Part shown: in pieces, positions 27,314 to 38,400 of the stretch
How the letters are laid out: the number at the start of each line of letters is the position of its first letter
Numbering within the stretch: the stretch's first letter is position 1
IMG/VR virus record: IMGVR_UViG_3300044970_000999
Coordinates: 1-63,492 of that record
Reading direction: 5' to 3' (one strand)
From: a virus
Lineage: Duplodnaviria; Caudoviricetes
Length of the DNA stretch: 63,492 nucleotides
Position numbers and translations under genes: made by a program
Notes under the pieces: generated by a model
What the model saw: the letters and a program-made list of their open reading frames with translations, nothing else
The model's database searches: none
What the model was told of the DNA's origin: nothing

Positions 27314-29717
27314 GTTCAGTAGCTCCAGTTTGTTGAGAAACATTAGATGATGCTCCACTAGTACCTGTTGATCCTGTAGCTATTTGTTCTGGTGATCCAT
27401 AGTTTAAAGTCCAAATGCGATCTTTATTAAAACCAAGATTTCTTTCAAACCAATTACCATCTTGTTTTCTTTCTTTAGAGAATTTTACTCCAGTAGGTAG
27501 TAATCCTGATTTAGTTATAGCAGCTGCTGTTGCGGCATATTCTGCAGGATCTCCAACAGGACTAAATGTTCTTGGTCCTCTTGTAAAAGGTGAGTACATA
27601 TTAAAATATGGTTGGTATCTTCCTCTTCCACCAAAGTAACCTCTTTGACCATATTGTGGATAACCCCATACAGGTTGTCCCATACCAGCTGGATTAAAAG
27701 TTTTAGTATTTAGATCAGCAGTAAAAAAATCTCCTGGTCTAAATCCTCCTTGGTATTGACCTGTTGCATAAATTTTTGAATTATCATATTTAGCATTCTG
27801 ATCTAAAGTTCCAGATGATTTTAAATAATCAAAGGCAGCTCTATTTCCTCTCTCCGATAAATTTGGATTATATCTTTGAAAAGCAGGGCTTTGATATTGA
27901 TTAGTAGGATTACTTTGAATATTACCTGTTACTTTAAATTTATCTGAACCAATATTAAATTCTTCACCTTCAACAGCTTTGTGTAACCCTCCATGCATAA
28001 AATATGCATCTGTTACATCTTTAGAATCTGTATAATCTAAGTCAGCTTGATCTATATAATCTCCACCACCATAAATAAATTTTTGAAGATTTCCATATTC
28101 ATTCATTTGAGGATTCATAATTAATCCTCCATATTGTACAGCTAATTTTTGATTACCTTTTAAATATTTTGCTGCATTCTCTCTCCAAGATTTAAAAATT
28201 ACATCCTTTACAGATTGAGTACTTCTTTTGTCCTTTAATGCTGCCTTATAAATTTTTCTAATCTTTTCTATTGCAGCATTACTTTCATTTATGTTGCTGC
28301 TTTGAGCCATTTCTATTAAACTTTTTGGTATAGTGTATCTTCCTCCTCGAACATGTAAATGAATATCTTTTGGCATTCTTTTTTGTTCTTCTTCTTGTCT
28401 TTTTTTATTTTCTTTATCTATATCTTCTTGAGGTATTTTAGATGCATCCTCATAGTCATATTCATTTTTTTGAGGATGAGGATTTATACCATCACGAGTT
28501 TCTAGTTCTTTCTTTTTTGGAAATAAATCTAAAGCTCTTTCCCATGCATCTTGATGTTCTTTTAAGTCTGGTGAATATGTAAATTCTTCAGTATTACTTT
28601 TTGGAGTAGATTTCTTTACAGAATTACTTGCAGCACTAGATTGAGTTGCATTAGCTACTTCTTTTATAGATTCATTGTTTACATTGCTACTAATTTCTTC
28701 AACAACTAATCTACCTGGAGTAACTATTTTTTTTGTAAAGCCACCACCAAAGTTTCCATAACTTCCTCCAAATATATTACTTGCAGACACAAATGGATTA
28801 AACTGAATGTCTGCAGACCTTAGACCACCTAAAGGACCAAAATTATAATTTGCTGAAGTTACATTTGCAGGTGTATAAGGAGTTCCAAAAATTTGTCTAT
28901 TAGCTCTTCTTGTTCTTCTTCCACCAAATCTTTGATTGTATATTTGTTCTGCTTGTTTTTTAAGAAAATGATTTCTTGATTGATCTTTAACGCCAGCAAT
29001 AAACTCATTTTTAATTCCAGCATTTTCAGTAGGATTAGTCTCAGTTCCTTTTACTGTTGCTGTATTAGCTTCAGTAACTTCATCTCCTTCTTGTGCTTTT
29101 TTTAACTGATTAAATATTTTTTTTACATAGTTTCTTTTATTTGGTATTCCACCATATCTCATTTCTTCTGACTCATCTTCTTCTTGATTATATGAGTAGT
29201 CATCATCTTCTTCATCAGAATATAAAATTTGATTCATTAAATCTTCTTCTGATATACCTTGCTCAGTTTCTTCTGGCATTGAAGTCTCAGAAGTTTGTGG
29301 TATCATTATTTCTTCCTCTACAACTTCTTCTTGTGGTTGTTCGTTTGATTCAGATATTTTAGATGTAATGTTAGTTACAAACTCTAATATTTGAGGCTGA
29401 GCTTCTTTATACTCTCTTGAGTTTGGCTTTATACCATAAGCATTTGTTAGTATATAGTCAGTAATTGTATTTTCATCACTTCCTTGTTGAGCTAAAGTTA
29501 CTATAACTTGAATAATTTGGTTTTGAAAATCTTCTGAAGATCCTTGTGAAGATTTATTTTGAGAAGCACCTTGCATTTGTTGCATTATACCTGCAGTTAC
29601 TGGAGTCATACCTGACTGCATACCCATTTGTGCTTTTTGAATAAACTTTGCAGTTTTATTTATATATCCACCCTCACCTGTTGGAGATTTATAAATTCTT
29701 ACTTTTTTCTTTGCCAT
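25263..29717 (-). CDS. Largely disordered low-complexity cargo protein (1484 aa)
   Basis: Long ORF with acidic, G/Y/F-rich and P/T/Q/S-rich tracts, several xxxGG motifs, and a segment shared with the 22094-25261 protein. Confidence 0.7.
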   Translation of the reverse strand: MAKKKVRIYKSPTGEGGYINKTAKFIQKAQMGMQSGMTPVTAGIMQQMQGASQNKSSQGSSEDFQNQIIQVIVTLAQQGSDENTITDYILTNAYGIKPNSREYKEAQPQILEFVTNITSKISESNEQPQEEVVEEEIMIPQTSETSMPEETEQGISEEDLMNQILYSDEEDDDYSYNQEEDESEEMRYGGIPNKRNYVKKIFNQLKKAQEGDEVTEANTATVKGTETNPTENAGIKNEFIAGVKDQSRNHFLKKQAEQIYNQRFGGRRTRRANRQIFGTPYTPANVTSANYNFGPLGGLRSADIQFNPFVSASNIFGGSYGNFGGGFTKKIVTPGRLVVEEISSNVNNESIKEVANATQSSAASNSVKKSTPKSNTEEFTYSPDLKEHQDAWERALDLFPKKKELETRDGINPHPQKNEYDYEDASKIPQEDIDKENKKRQEEEQKRMPKDIHLHVRGGRYTIPKSLIEMAQSSNINESNAAIEKIRKIYKAALKDKRSTQSVKDVIFKSWRENAAKYLKGNQKLAVQYGGLIMNPQMNEYGNLQKFIYGGGDYIDQADLDYTDSKDVTDAYFMHGGLHKAVEGEEFNIGSDKFKVTGNIQSNPTNQYQSPAFQRYNPNLSERGNRAAFDYLKSSGTLDQNAKYDNSKIYATGQYQGGFRPGDFFTADLNTKTFNPAGMGQPVWGYPQYGQRGYFGGRGRYQPYFNMYSPFTRGPRTFSPVGDPAEYAATAAAITKSGLLPTGVKFSKERKQDGNWFERNLGFNKDRIWTLNYGSPEQIATGSTGTSGASSNVSQQTGATEQRRGNKYKGMGLAGLRLNANDLIQRIKYGKPLEDDEPYTQQSTTPASNLKVENPYTPVSSMTRSQGADLVTGTPGTPVNIASTSALNTTPGAGPSMPTVGASTSTSAIQAQQRPAAANNITPQRTADIYNNPTTATKGNLTVINAAGEPINIDSPEYYDEEEMVTPQQNTPAVNNQPASVPQTEEPQSDQETPETEEEQIIEQSPVNSQTSVSQEGPVNEKTFESPVTNANMQPVQNYFQQPNSDLQRFTDSQFTSGSGVSNYGSFNQGDVFMQQPGSNPVADEDFYNSDFSPNPYDRSMMPFNPDYEQPTEYKFGVDPLTGSSSSDIAINNPNSILNTMEGRDWFAQQTPEVQREVIKNQTGTRTRTGTGARRNQQPTNNFAPRYNPASEKFDPVVAYYYHDIYNLKNRFNPKIDYSKNYSEAESRKLYDDALNSLYDDRNRQLAKALGKNFVQRIMSMTDKERRIFENISDTYGKKAREIERKNIFNAGRANGGLVRADNGINFSSVSYPANSIVKPGGIGQGKVGPCTEDEVKDPNSPCYDPMYAGQGPRTMEQLPTQAQLKLKENKSGTINYDNISRAMVDGMNLLADTKDYYDERRTKYIPGMTEFSRGERQKAYEGYNPGGYDPRTGRDVYQQGFEGVIGKKGGAIKNKKSKPTSGGNRINITDFQDLIKLAGLNKK

Positions 29718-29734
29718 AGTACACTATATATTAA

Positions 29735-29766
29735 TAAATATACTAAAAATAAATTTATCCTATAAA
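29735..29766 (-). promoter_or_regulatory. Putative phage promoter TTTA-N20-TATATTTA
   Basis: Same motif and spacing as other sites. Shares the 16-nt string tatactaaaaataaat (plus strand) with the 43184-43215 site. Confidence 0.65.
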
Positions 29767-29776
29767 TCTTATAAGT

Positions 29777-32700
29777 TTAATCTATTTCTTCTACAATATA
29801 CCCACCATCTAAATATTTTTGAATATCTCTATCATCTACTTCTAAAATAAAACCACCCTTCTTCATATTACCTTTAATTGCATCTTGAAACATCATATTT
29901 ATATTTTGACTACTTGGAGATATTATTTTAGAGAATGCTTCTAATTGTTGAAGTCTTGGATCTGATGTTACAACTTCTTTTTTATTAGGGGACCAATCAC
30001 TATAGTCATCATCATATTCTACTTTAGATTCTGTTTGTAAATCTGGTATTAGTATATCACCAGTAATATCATTTTCATCTGTATGTTCATCATCCTCACC
30101 TGTAAATTCTATTGGCTCTATATGCCAGGGCTCATTACCCATTCTAAAATGTAAACCATACTTTTTAGCATTAGCATGTGCCCATGCTGTTGCTTCTTGA
30201 TTTTCTTCTTTACCTAATGCTCTACTATTTTCATCATGTAGATCAACAGCTAATCCTTTATTATGGTATGAACTTCCAGGAGGAGCAACCCATTTTCTTG
30301 CTACTTCAGCAGAACCATATTTTTTAAGGGCATCTTCCCACAATTGTTTTTGTTTTTCATATGATCTATATCCAGAACCTATTTTTAAATTAATCCCTTG
30401 AGATTTTGCATCATTAATAAATTGAGATAATCTATCTGCAAAATCTTCTTTGAGACCTTCTATACCTTGAATACCACCACCTTTATCCATTTTAGTTAAG
30501 CCACCATATTTCATTTGTGATGACATTCCTTGATTGTACAACTGAAAAATATTTTCAGACGTTGGAGCCATAATTTTACTAAATGCAGCAAGTTGTTCTA
30601 TTCTAGGATCTACTGGTATTGTTTCTTCTTTTTTATCAGAATCAACATAGTGTTTTCTTTTTATAACTTTTACTGTATCTTCAACTTTTCCAGGGATTCT
30701 TTTTATAGTCTTTTTTCTGTTTGGAGCAGTTAAAGATTTACCAGTAAAATTTGATATTCTTTTTTTTACATCTCCTACAGTATAGTAACCTTTTTTTTCT
30801 GAATCAAAAACTGCATTTTGTTTATAAAGAGCATCCTGATTAATTCCAAAAACTTTTGAGTCACTATCTTTAACACCTATTACAAAGTCATCTGGTTTAC
30901 CAACAGCAGCTGGTAAAAAAGTATACATATATAAATCTCCTATGTCTTTTGCTTTACCTGCTATTGGTTTATAAAACTTTTTTACATAGTCTAACTGATC
31001 AATGGCAGACATTTGTTTTAATGCATCTATACTAGTTCCTAAACCTTTAGCTGTGTTTGGCATAAACTGAATCAATCCTACAGCACCAGTATAAGGATTA
31101 ACTGCTGAAGGGTTTAATCTTGATTCATGTTGCATTATACCAACTAAATCATCTACAGTAACACCTAGCTCATCTGCTATTTCTTGCAGCTTATCATTAA
31201 AAAGAGAATTATCTGAAATCTCTATTCCATCATCTGCTTTAAGCAATGAAGATTTTTTTTCAATTAAACCACCAGATTTATAGTTTGCTCCATCATTAGC
31301 ACCATATGCAGCAGCTCCTACTCCAAGTCCTGTTGGTATAATATATGGTAACATGGATTTATATATATTAGGATTAGTCATATCAAACATTCCGTTATTA
31401 CCTATTACTCCCCCATTTTTATACTCTTTGTTTTGCATATAAGCTCCAGCTCCTATTAAAGGAGATACAGTTAACATTTTATTTAATCCTTTTGAAATTA
31501 GCTCGTAATTTTTAGGGTCTGCTTTAATTATATTAAACAATCTTAAATATTTTCCTCCTCCAGCTTCATCAAACATTGCATCTATCATAGTTTCTTTTAC
31601 CATTTCAGGAGTAATTTGAACATAAGAATCTTTAGGAATTTTACCTGTATCCATCATGTATTGCTGGACTTCTCCTAAAAATGCAGATTTTTCTGCTCCA
31701 TCTGACCCAGTTAAAAAATAATCAGTTGCATTTTGCTTATTATTTATTAAAGCTTTATACTCATCTATTTGGACAGGTTTATCAGAAACTGCTTTTCCTA
31801 TCCATTTTTTATCAGGAGTTCCTTCTCTTCTTAAAGTTAATCCTGACAATATATCATCTATTTCTGTAGTAGTTGATTCTAATGCTTTTAATTTTTCAGC
31901 AGGTGTCCCATCAATCACTTTATTTATTTTTGATTGTCTTAAAGCGTTTTGAACACCATGTTCTATTTCATGTCTTACTACTTTTTTAGGAAGTGGATGG
32001 TTAGGATTCATTGCAATTGTATTTTTTGCACCCCTATAATAACCATAAGTGTTAGGGTCTTCTACAATTTTTAAATCTTGTAAAAGCTGTTCTTCTGTAA
32101 TACCTAACTCTTTTAATCTTTTTTGACCCTCTGGAGTTCTTATTCTTTGTTTAAAATTATCAAGAACCTCAATACTTTGTTTATTTGTAGTTTGTGGTAA
32201 TTTATCAAATCTCATTTGTTCATCAAACCATTGATACATTTCTTTTTCTTTATCTGAAAGAGGGTTTTTTTTATAATCAATAGCATTATACTCTTGCAGC
32301 AAAGTTTTATTTTCTGGTATTTCTTTATTCCATTTAGCCCAATCTATTTCTGATTGAAATTTAGAATTAGGAGAACCTGGTAGTTGTTTAGGAACATCTA
32401 TTTTTTTATATCCCTTTAACCAGTGTTGTTTATAAATAGTAGCTTCATTTATTGGAATAAATTTTTCTGGATTTGTATAGACAATATCACCCAAATCTTT
32501 GCCAGATCCAAAATAAGTATTTAACGGAGTAAATCTTGAATCTTTTGCCGCATTAGAAACTTCTGTCATATAAGGACCTGGATACCCTCTATCCCAAACA
32601 TGACCAAAATACTTTCTAGTATCAGATGGAACACCCATTGTATAATAAGTTTCAGGATGTATTATTTTAATATCACTACCTTGAGAACTTGGTCTAAAAT

Positions 32701-35410
32701 ATCCACTTTCTAAAGCATCCTTTAAACCAGCTTCATCTCCAATCATTCTATAAGCGGCTTCAGGATTAGGTTTAAATGCCCAAGGGTTATATTTATATGT
32801 ATTTTTTAAAGGAGTTTCTGTAGTAATAAACTTACCTAAAGTTGAAATAGCTTCTGGTGCTGCAGAAACACCTTTAACAATACCTTTTGTCAAGTTTATT
32901 CCTAATTCAGGAATTCCTTCTAGTCCTGCATATGTTAGTGGATTTAATAATGTTGCTTCTAAGTCAGAAACATTTGCCATTTTTTCACCTGAAACAACAC
33001 CGGGTAATTCTTTATACTCTGATCCTGTTGATAACCCTCTGTTTTTTATATAATTAGTAATTACTGCTCCAGGAATATCTAATGGTGTAATCATCTCAAG
33101 AGCTCCAAAATTTGATTCTGCAATTTCCTTTTGTTCTTTTTTTGTAAGACCTGGAATATTAAACTTTAATACATCACCTTGTTCTCCGGGTAATTGTTTT
33201 ATCAAAAAGTTTCCAAGTTCTTGAGTACCTGCTAAAGCTCTAGACCAATAACTTGGTTGTAATTTAGAACTATATTTGGATTCTGCTAAAGCAGCTCTTT
33301 CTCCAGGTGTAAGTTCATCTACCCACTCTCCACGTCTCTTTGGATTAAATCCTCTTTTATCACCTATTTTGTCTATGGCATAAGTATTTGCTAAGTACTC
33401 ATATTCATCTAAATAATTTTGACGAACATTTGATGGAAAGTATGACATATTAACTCCAGCCAATTTATTCAGTCCTGGATTAGATAAAACATCTAAATAA
33501 TATCTTTTCTTTTCATCCAACCATTGATCTCTTGGATTATTTCTTTTCCACTCATCTCTAAATTTAGCAATATCAGAGGCTGGTCTTGAAACAGTAACTT
33601 CAGCTTCATTTTGAATAAACCTTGCTTCATCAGGATGCTGAGCAACATAATTAGGATCAATAGGGGTAAATGTTCTTCCTGTTGGTACACATGCTTCACC
33701 ATTCCAATAGTGATCAGGTGGACATGTATTAGGATCTCCACCTTTATCCATTCTAGTTAATGAAGGTATAGAAATATCTTCTACTATATAACCACCTTTT
33801 ATGTATTCTTCTATTTCATTATCATCAAGTTCTAATATAAATCCACCATCTTGTTTTCTTATAAGATTGCCTATAGAATGTCCATAGCTTGCTTTCTGTA
33901 GCTCTCCACCATCTTGTTTATTAAACCATCCACTAAGTAAATTGTTAAGCAAAACACTAATGTCATAAAGGTATTGAGAATTATCATTTGATTTTTTAGA
34001 AAAATCAGTAGTATTTATTACATTTTTAGTCCACTTATTTCTTTCAGACAAACCTCTTCTTTCATACTCTTTGAGCATTTTATCTTTATCTCCTTTTACA
34101 ACACCCTCTACAAAACTTGGAAACTTATTTAAAGTTCCTAGATTATATGCATAATCTGTAAGAAGCATTTGACTATTTTGAGGTAATTTATCATAAGTAC
34201 CTTTACCATATTTATCATCTACAAATTTTTCTGCTTTAGTTTGATGTGCTAAAACATCTTTTTTCTGTAAATCTCTAGCTTCCTGTTCAGTTAAACCTGA
34301 ACTAAATGATTCTCCTGGTTGTAACTTGTGACCATAAGCTATAGTATTAGCTCCACCTTCTATACTAGAATGAGGATACCACTTATTATTTCTATAACCT
34401 TTTTTAATAGAGTTTTCTAATGATCTTAAATCAGATAAATATTTTTTTAAAGTATCTGGATCTAAATCTTTAGGGGAAAGTACTCCACCAAATTGTTTCT
34501 TTGAAAAAATAGACGGATTACCTGCTTCTACATACCCCTCATAATCTCTTGCTTCACCCTCTACACTTGTAGGATTTCTATATAAATTTTCTTCAGCCTG
34601 TGCATAAGCTTCTTCTTCAGATATGTTTGGATTTTGTTCAAAAATTTTATTTAGTTCTATATCAAACTCTGCACCTCTTCTATCATAGTAAGAACCTATT
34701 GCTTCATCTGATGCAACATATGGATTAGGTCTTTGACCTACTGCCCCATATGTACTCATTGCTCCAGCTTGATTTTGTAAGTGATGAAATAATTCATGTT
34801 CTCTCCACCAAGGATTATTCATATTTGCAATAGGGTCATTTGGATTTTGTTTTATAACTCCTAATGCTGCATCATAACCATATCTTTCAGTATCTGTTTC
34901 TTCAGGTAAATCAATTACTTCTGGATATACAAAGTTTTTTAAAGCGTCTTTATAATTATTTGGTAATTGATTATATTCAATTTCTCCTCCTGGTTGAAAG
35001 TATGGTGAGTTTGGATCAAAAATTTTATTCTTAACAGACTTTGGTTTTTTAAGTAATGGATTTTTTGTAAATAATATGTTTCTAGACATTAAGCTTTTTG
35101 AATATTTTTTAGATGGTTTTTTAATCCCACCTTTTTTACCCATAGGTATTTCATACACCATGTCTCCTTCAAACTGATAGTTATTACCTGGAGTCATGTA
35201 TTGTGCATTACCTAGATTATCTATACCTAGTAAATCATCTTCTACTCCTTTCATGGTTATCTTTCCAGTAGGTGTAGGCACTGCAGTAGGAAGACCTGGA
35301 TAATCCCATTGTCCTCTTTGTGAAATAATAAATCCCTGAGTAAATCTTTTTAACTCATTTGGACCACCGGGTAAACCAGCTTTTTCATATTTCTTAAATG
35401 ATTTTTTCAT
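29777..35410 (-). CDS. Multidomain virion-associated peptidoglycan hydrolase cargo protein (1877 aa): zincin, GH24-like lysozyme, zincin, lytic transglycosylase, M15 peptidase
   Basis: HELFH (~34785-34800); EGGANTIAYGHKL...LTDYAYNLG (lysozyme, ~34020-34430); RHEIEHGVQ (~31950-31975); QHESRLNPSAVNPYTGAVGLIQFMPNTA (SLT, ~30750-31200); SGYRSYEKQ...PPGSSYHNKGLAVD...EPWHIE (VanY/M15, ~30110-30460). Confidence 0.85.
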   Translation of the reverse strand: MKKSFKKYEKAGLPGGPNELKRFTQGFIISQRGQWDYPGLPTAVPTPTGKITMKGVEDDLLGIDNLGNAQYMTPGNNYQFEGDMVYEIPMGKKGGIKKPSKKYSKSLMSRNILFTKNPLLKKPKSVKNKIFDPNSPYFQPGGEIEYNQLPNNYKDALKNFVYPEVIDLPEETDTERYGYDAALGVIKQNPNDPIANMNNPWWREHELFHHLQNQAGAMSTYGAVGQRPNPYVASDEAIGSYYDRRGAEFDIELNKIFEQNPNISEEEAYAQAEENLYRNPTSVEGEARDYEGYVEAGNPSIFSKKQFGGVLSPKDLDPDTLKKYLSDLRSLENSIKKGYRNNKWYPHSSIEGGANTIAYGHKLQPGESFSSGLTEQEARDLQKKDVLAHQTKAEKFVDDKYGKGTYDKLPQNSQMLLTDYAYNLGTLNKFPSFVEGVVKGDKDKMLKEYERRGLSERNKWTKNVINTTDFSKKSNDNSQYLYDISVLLNNLLSGWFNKQDGGELQKASYGHSIGNLIRKQDGGFILELDDNEIEEYIKGGYIVEDISIPSLTRMDKGGDPNTCPPDHYWNGEACVPTGRTFTPIDPNYVAQHPDEARFIQNEAEVTVSRPASDIAKFRDEWKRNNPRDQWLDEKKRYYLDVLSNPGLNKLAGVNMSYFPSNVRQNYLDEYEYLANTYAIDKIGDKRGFNPKRRGEWVDELTPGERAALAESKYSSKLQPSYWSRALAGTQELGNFLIKQLPGEQGDVLKFNIPGLTKKEQKEIAESNFGALEMITPLDIPGAVITNYIKNRGLSTGSEYKELPGVVSGEKMANVSDLEATLLNPLTYAGLEGIPELGINLTKGIVKGVSAAPEAISTLGKFITTETPLKNTYKYNPWAFKPNPEAAYRMIGDEAGLKDALESGYFRPSSQGSDIKIIHPETYYTMGVPSDTRKYFGHVWDRGYPGPYMTEVSNAAKDSRFTPLNTYFGSGKDLGDIVYTNPEKFIPINEATIYKQHWLKGYKKIDVPKQLPGSPNSKFQSEIDWAKWNKEIPENKTLLQEYNAIDYKKNPLSDKEKEMYQWFDEQMRFDKLPQTTNKQSIEVLDNFKQRIRTPEGQKRLKELGITEEQLLQDLKIVEDPNTYGYYRGAKNTIAMNPNHPLPKKVVRHEIEHGVQNALRQSKINKVIDGTPAEKLKALESTTTEIDDILSGLTLRREGTPDKKWIGKAVSDKPVQIDEYKALINNKQNATDYFLTGSDGAEKSAFLGEVQQYMMDTGKIPKDSYVQITPEMVKETMIDAMFDEAGGGKYLRLFNIIKADPKNYELISKGLNKMLTVSPLIGAGAYMQNKEYKNGGVIGNNGMFDMTNPNIYKSMLPYIIPTGLGVGAAAYGANDGANYKSGGLIEKKSSLLKADDGIEISDNSLFNDKLQEIADELGVTVDDLVGIMQHESRLNPSAVNPYTGAVGLIQFMPNTAKGLGTSIDALKQMSAIDQLDYVKKFYKPIAGKAKDIGDLYMYTFLPAAVGKPDDFVIGVKDSDSKVFGINQDALYKQNAVFDSEKKGYYTVGDVKKRISNFTGKSLTAPNRKKTIKRIPGKVEDTVKVIKRKHYVDSDKKEETIPVDPRIEQLAAFSKIMAPTSENIFQLYNQGMSSQMKYGGLTKMDKGGGIQGIEGLKEDFADRLSQFINDAKSQGINLKIGSGYRSYEKQKQLWEDALKKYGSAEVARKWVAPPGSSYHNKGLAVDLHDENSRALGKEENQEATAWAHANAKKYGLHFRMGNEPWHIEPIEFTGEDDEHTDENDITGDILIPDLQTESKVEYDDDYSDWSPNKKEVVTSDPRLQQLEAFSKIISPSSQNINMMFQDAIKGNMKKGGFILEVDDRDIQKYLDGGYIVEEID

Positions 35411-38400
35411 TATCTTAATGATGCTTGATTCTTACTATTTACTATTTTCAAAATATAATTTATACTTCTTTCATCTTGTGTAGCAAGTTTAGAAAGAAAT
35501 AAGTAATTTAAATAATGTCTAAACTTTTTTCTCTGTAATTGAGGTTTAGCATAATTTAAATTATTTTGATTCAAGTTTTTAATATAACCATTAGATTGTG
35601 TATTCCAAATAAATTGATCAGAATAATTTCCTTGAAGTACAGTAGTTCCCGGAACTAATGGACCTGTTGGAGGATAATTAGAACCTATTGGAAATTCACC
35701 CCTATCTTTTGTAATATCCCAGAATTGATTAAATCTATATTTGTTTTCTTCTTTTGAAAACAATACATCAAATGAAGATAAGTTAGCTTGATTTAATTTT
35801 GGATATTGTAAAGATAGAGTAATGTTATTTTTAGGAAAAATATTTAAATTTAAATATCCAGATACTTGCTCTGTGTTATATACTACAGCTTGATTAAAGT
35901 TTGCGTCAAGCACATGAAACTGATCAACACAATTAAAGTTAGAATATTTATAAGCCTCTAAAATATATTCAATTGATTTAACAACTGTTGGAGACTGACC
36001 GGTAATTATTGGGTATTCAATTTCAAAAGGATATTGCTTTCCATAAAAATTACAAAAATCTGAACAAGAATCATTATGTTTCCATATTGTATTATCCTTA
36101 GTTGTAAATATTCTTGTATTTGCAGAGAATGCTAAATCTGGATGCCAATCATGAAAGCTTATAAATATTTCAGCCTTTGGGTCATAGCTTACAGTCCATG
36201 ATGCATCTTCAAATAAAAGAGGATCTCCTAATTTATATAATGCCCCAGAATAGTTAAATCTATTTTTACCTTTATCATATACAACCTTACCAATATTATT
36301 TTTTAATTTATAGTCTTTTTTACTAATATATAATATTGAATCTTTATTGTCATACATTGTCTGTACACCAATTCCTACTACAGGATTATCAGTATGTGGA
36401 AAATCTGGAAAATCTTCTGTTAGTTTATAAGGTAAAAATAAATTCATCCACCACTTTAAACCATTCTGAGAAATTTCTTTTAAACCTTCACCATATGCAA
36501 ATACTTTTCCTTGATTCATAGATGCATAGTATAAACCTGCAGGTGAATAAAGAACTGATCTTATATTCTGTGATGAGCCATACTCAAATGGTCTATCAGC
36601 ATTTGTTGATGACTGAGGTGGTGTTGAAAATAATCCACCATCACCTATAGTTACTTTTTTTCCTGAGAGTGTTTCTAATTGATCTATACCTTGATAGAAC
36701 AATGGACCTCTTGTTGGAAATGTAAATATCATACCAGTCATACCCACACCTTTTACTGTAGTAATTTTATCTTTAAACTGTACAAAGTTTAGAGGTAGAT
36801 AAATTAGCCAGTTATTATCAAAGGATTGATCATCTTGATAAAGTGAATATAAAGACCTATTTGGATAATAAGTATAACAAAGACTTGCAACATTAGGATC
36901 ATAATTTAATCCTTGTACAGTTCCTGCAGATAAATACTGTGTAAAAAATTTAGTAACACTTAATGAGTAATCATAATTATAAAAGTTCCCTTTAGTAATT
37001 ATTTCAGGATCCATATCAAATAACTCTCTTAGATCTGTATATTGGTATGGTATATATGGTTGTTGTGCTTGGAATGTTCCCTGTGATCTAAAGTCTACAA
37101 GAACATTACTTTCTACAAAGAAATCTCTTACTCCTGAATTTGCTAAATAAAAGAATGCATTATTTATACCAAAAAATCCTTCATAAATTCCTTCAGCATC
37201 TGTAGGTCTAAAATAATTTTTATTATCTAAATTATAATATCCTTTAGGTAATATACCAGTTCCAAAATTACCAGAAGTTAAAACATTAGAAAATCCATTT
37301 ATTATTTGTGCAAGTGATAAGCTTGAAAAAGGATTTTCATCTTTTGAATATGGTGCAGTATTCATCCAATATCTTGCAGTTGGAATGTTATTGTACAATG
37401 CATAATTCCATATAGTTCCATCTGGTAAATTATATAACCAATTGTAAAAGAAAAGCATTGTATTCTTTTCTGTAAACCTATTAATATAAGTATCACCACC
37501 AAAAATTATACTTGTTGGTCTTAATTTTTTCTGTATTACTTGACCAATTGGACATGTTGCAGCTGTTACAACTTCATATACATCTCCATCTGGATTTAAT
37601 GGACCAATAATATTATTGGCATTAAATCTATATTCACAAGTTGTAGAAACAACTTGTTTAATACTTTCTATTTGCCCATATTGATTTTGAACATTATATT
37701 TTAATCCTACATAATGACTAGCAATATTTCCAAGAAATTGATTAAATCTAGTTTCATTATCAAATGATAATCCTAAACCAGCATCTTCTGCTTTACCAAG
37801 ATTAATTAATGAGTTATCTTCTTGAAAACCAATTTGTTGAACTGAACCAATATATGTACCAACTAACTCTGGTCCCATTGTTGGTGCTAATGAAGGTAAA
37901 GTAAATATAGAATTTGGAGCAGAAGTTCTTAAAAAAACTGTCTTAGTTCTATTTAAATTGTTTATTGTATATCTTTGAAAAACACCAGCACCATTTAAAA
38001 AATCTGGAACTTCTTGATTTCTATCTGTTAAGTAAAAACCATTTTCAATTTTATATCTTTTTAAAAAGTTATTGTTTGGTGTAACAAATCTAGCATAAAA
38101 ACCATGAGCAAGGGATTGTAATGCATATTGTCTAAATGGAAGAAGTGCCTGAATTATTCTTAGAGTAGCATTAAAACCTTCAGTAAAATAATAAGGGATT
38201 TGAACTAAGTATGTTCCAATTACCCCAGGAATTCCATTAAGTACAGTTGACGTATTATTTTCAGTTATTAATGTTTGTGGAGTATAGAGTCCAGCCTGTT
38301 GATAACAGGCTGCAGCTTTATCAAATATATCTTGCAAACTTGGGTTTGCTACACCACCCACAAAGGCTGCACCTAATTGTCCACCAAGAGTATTATAATT

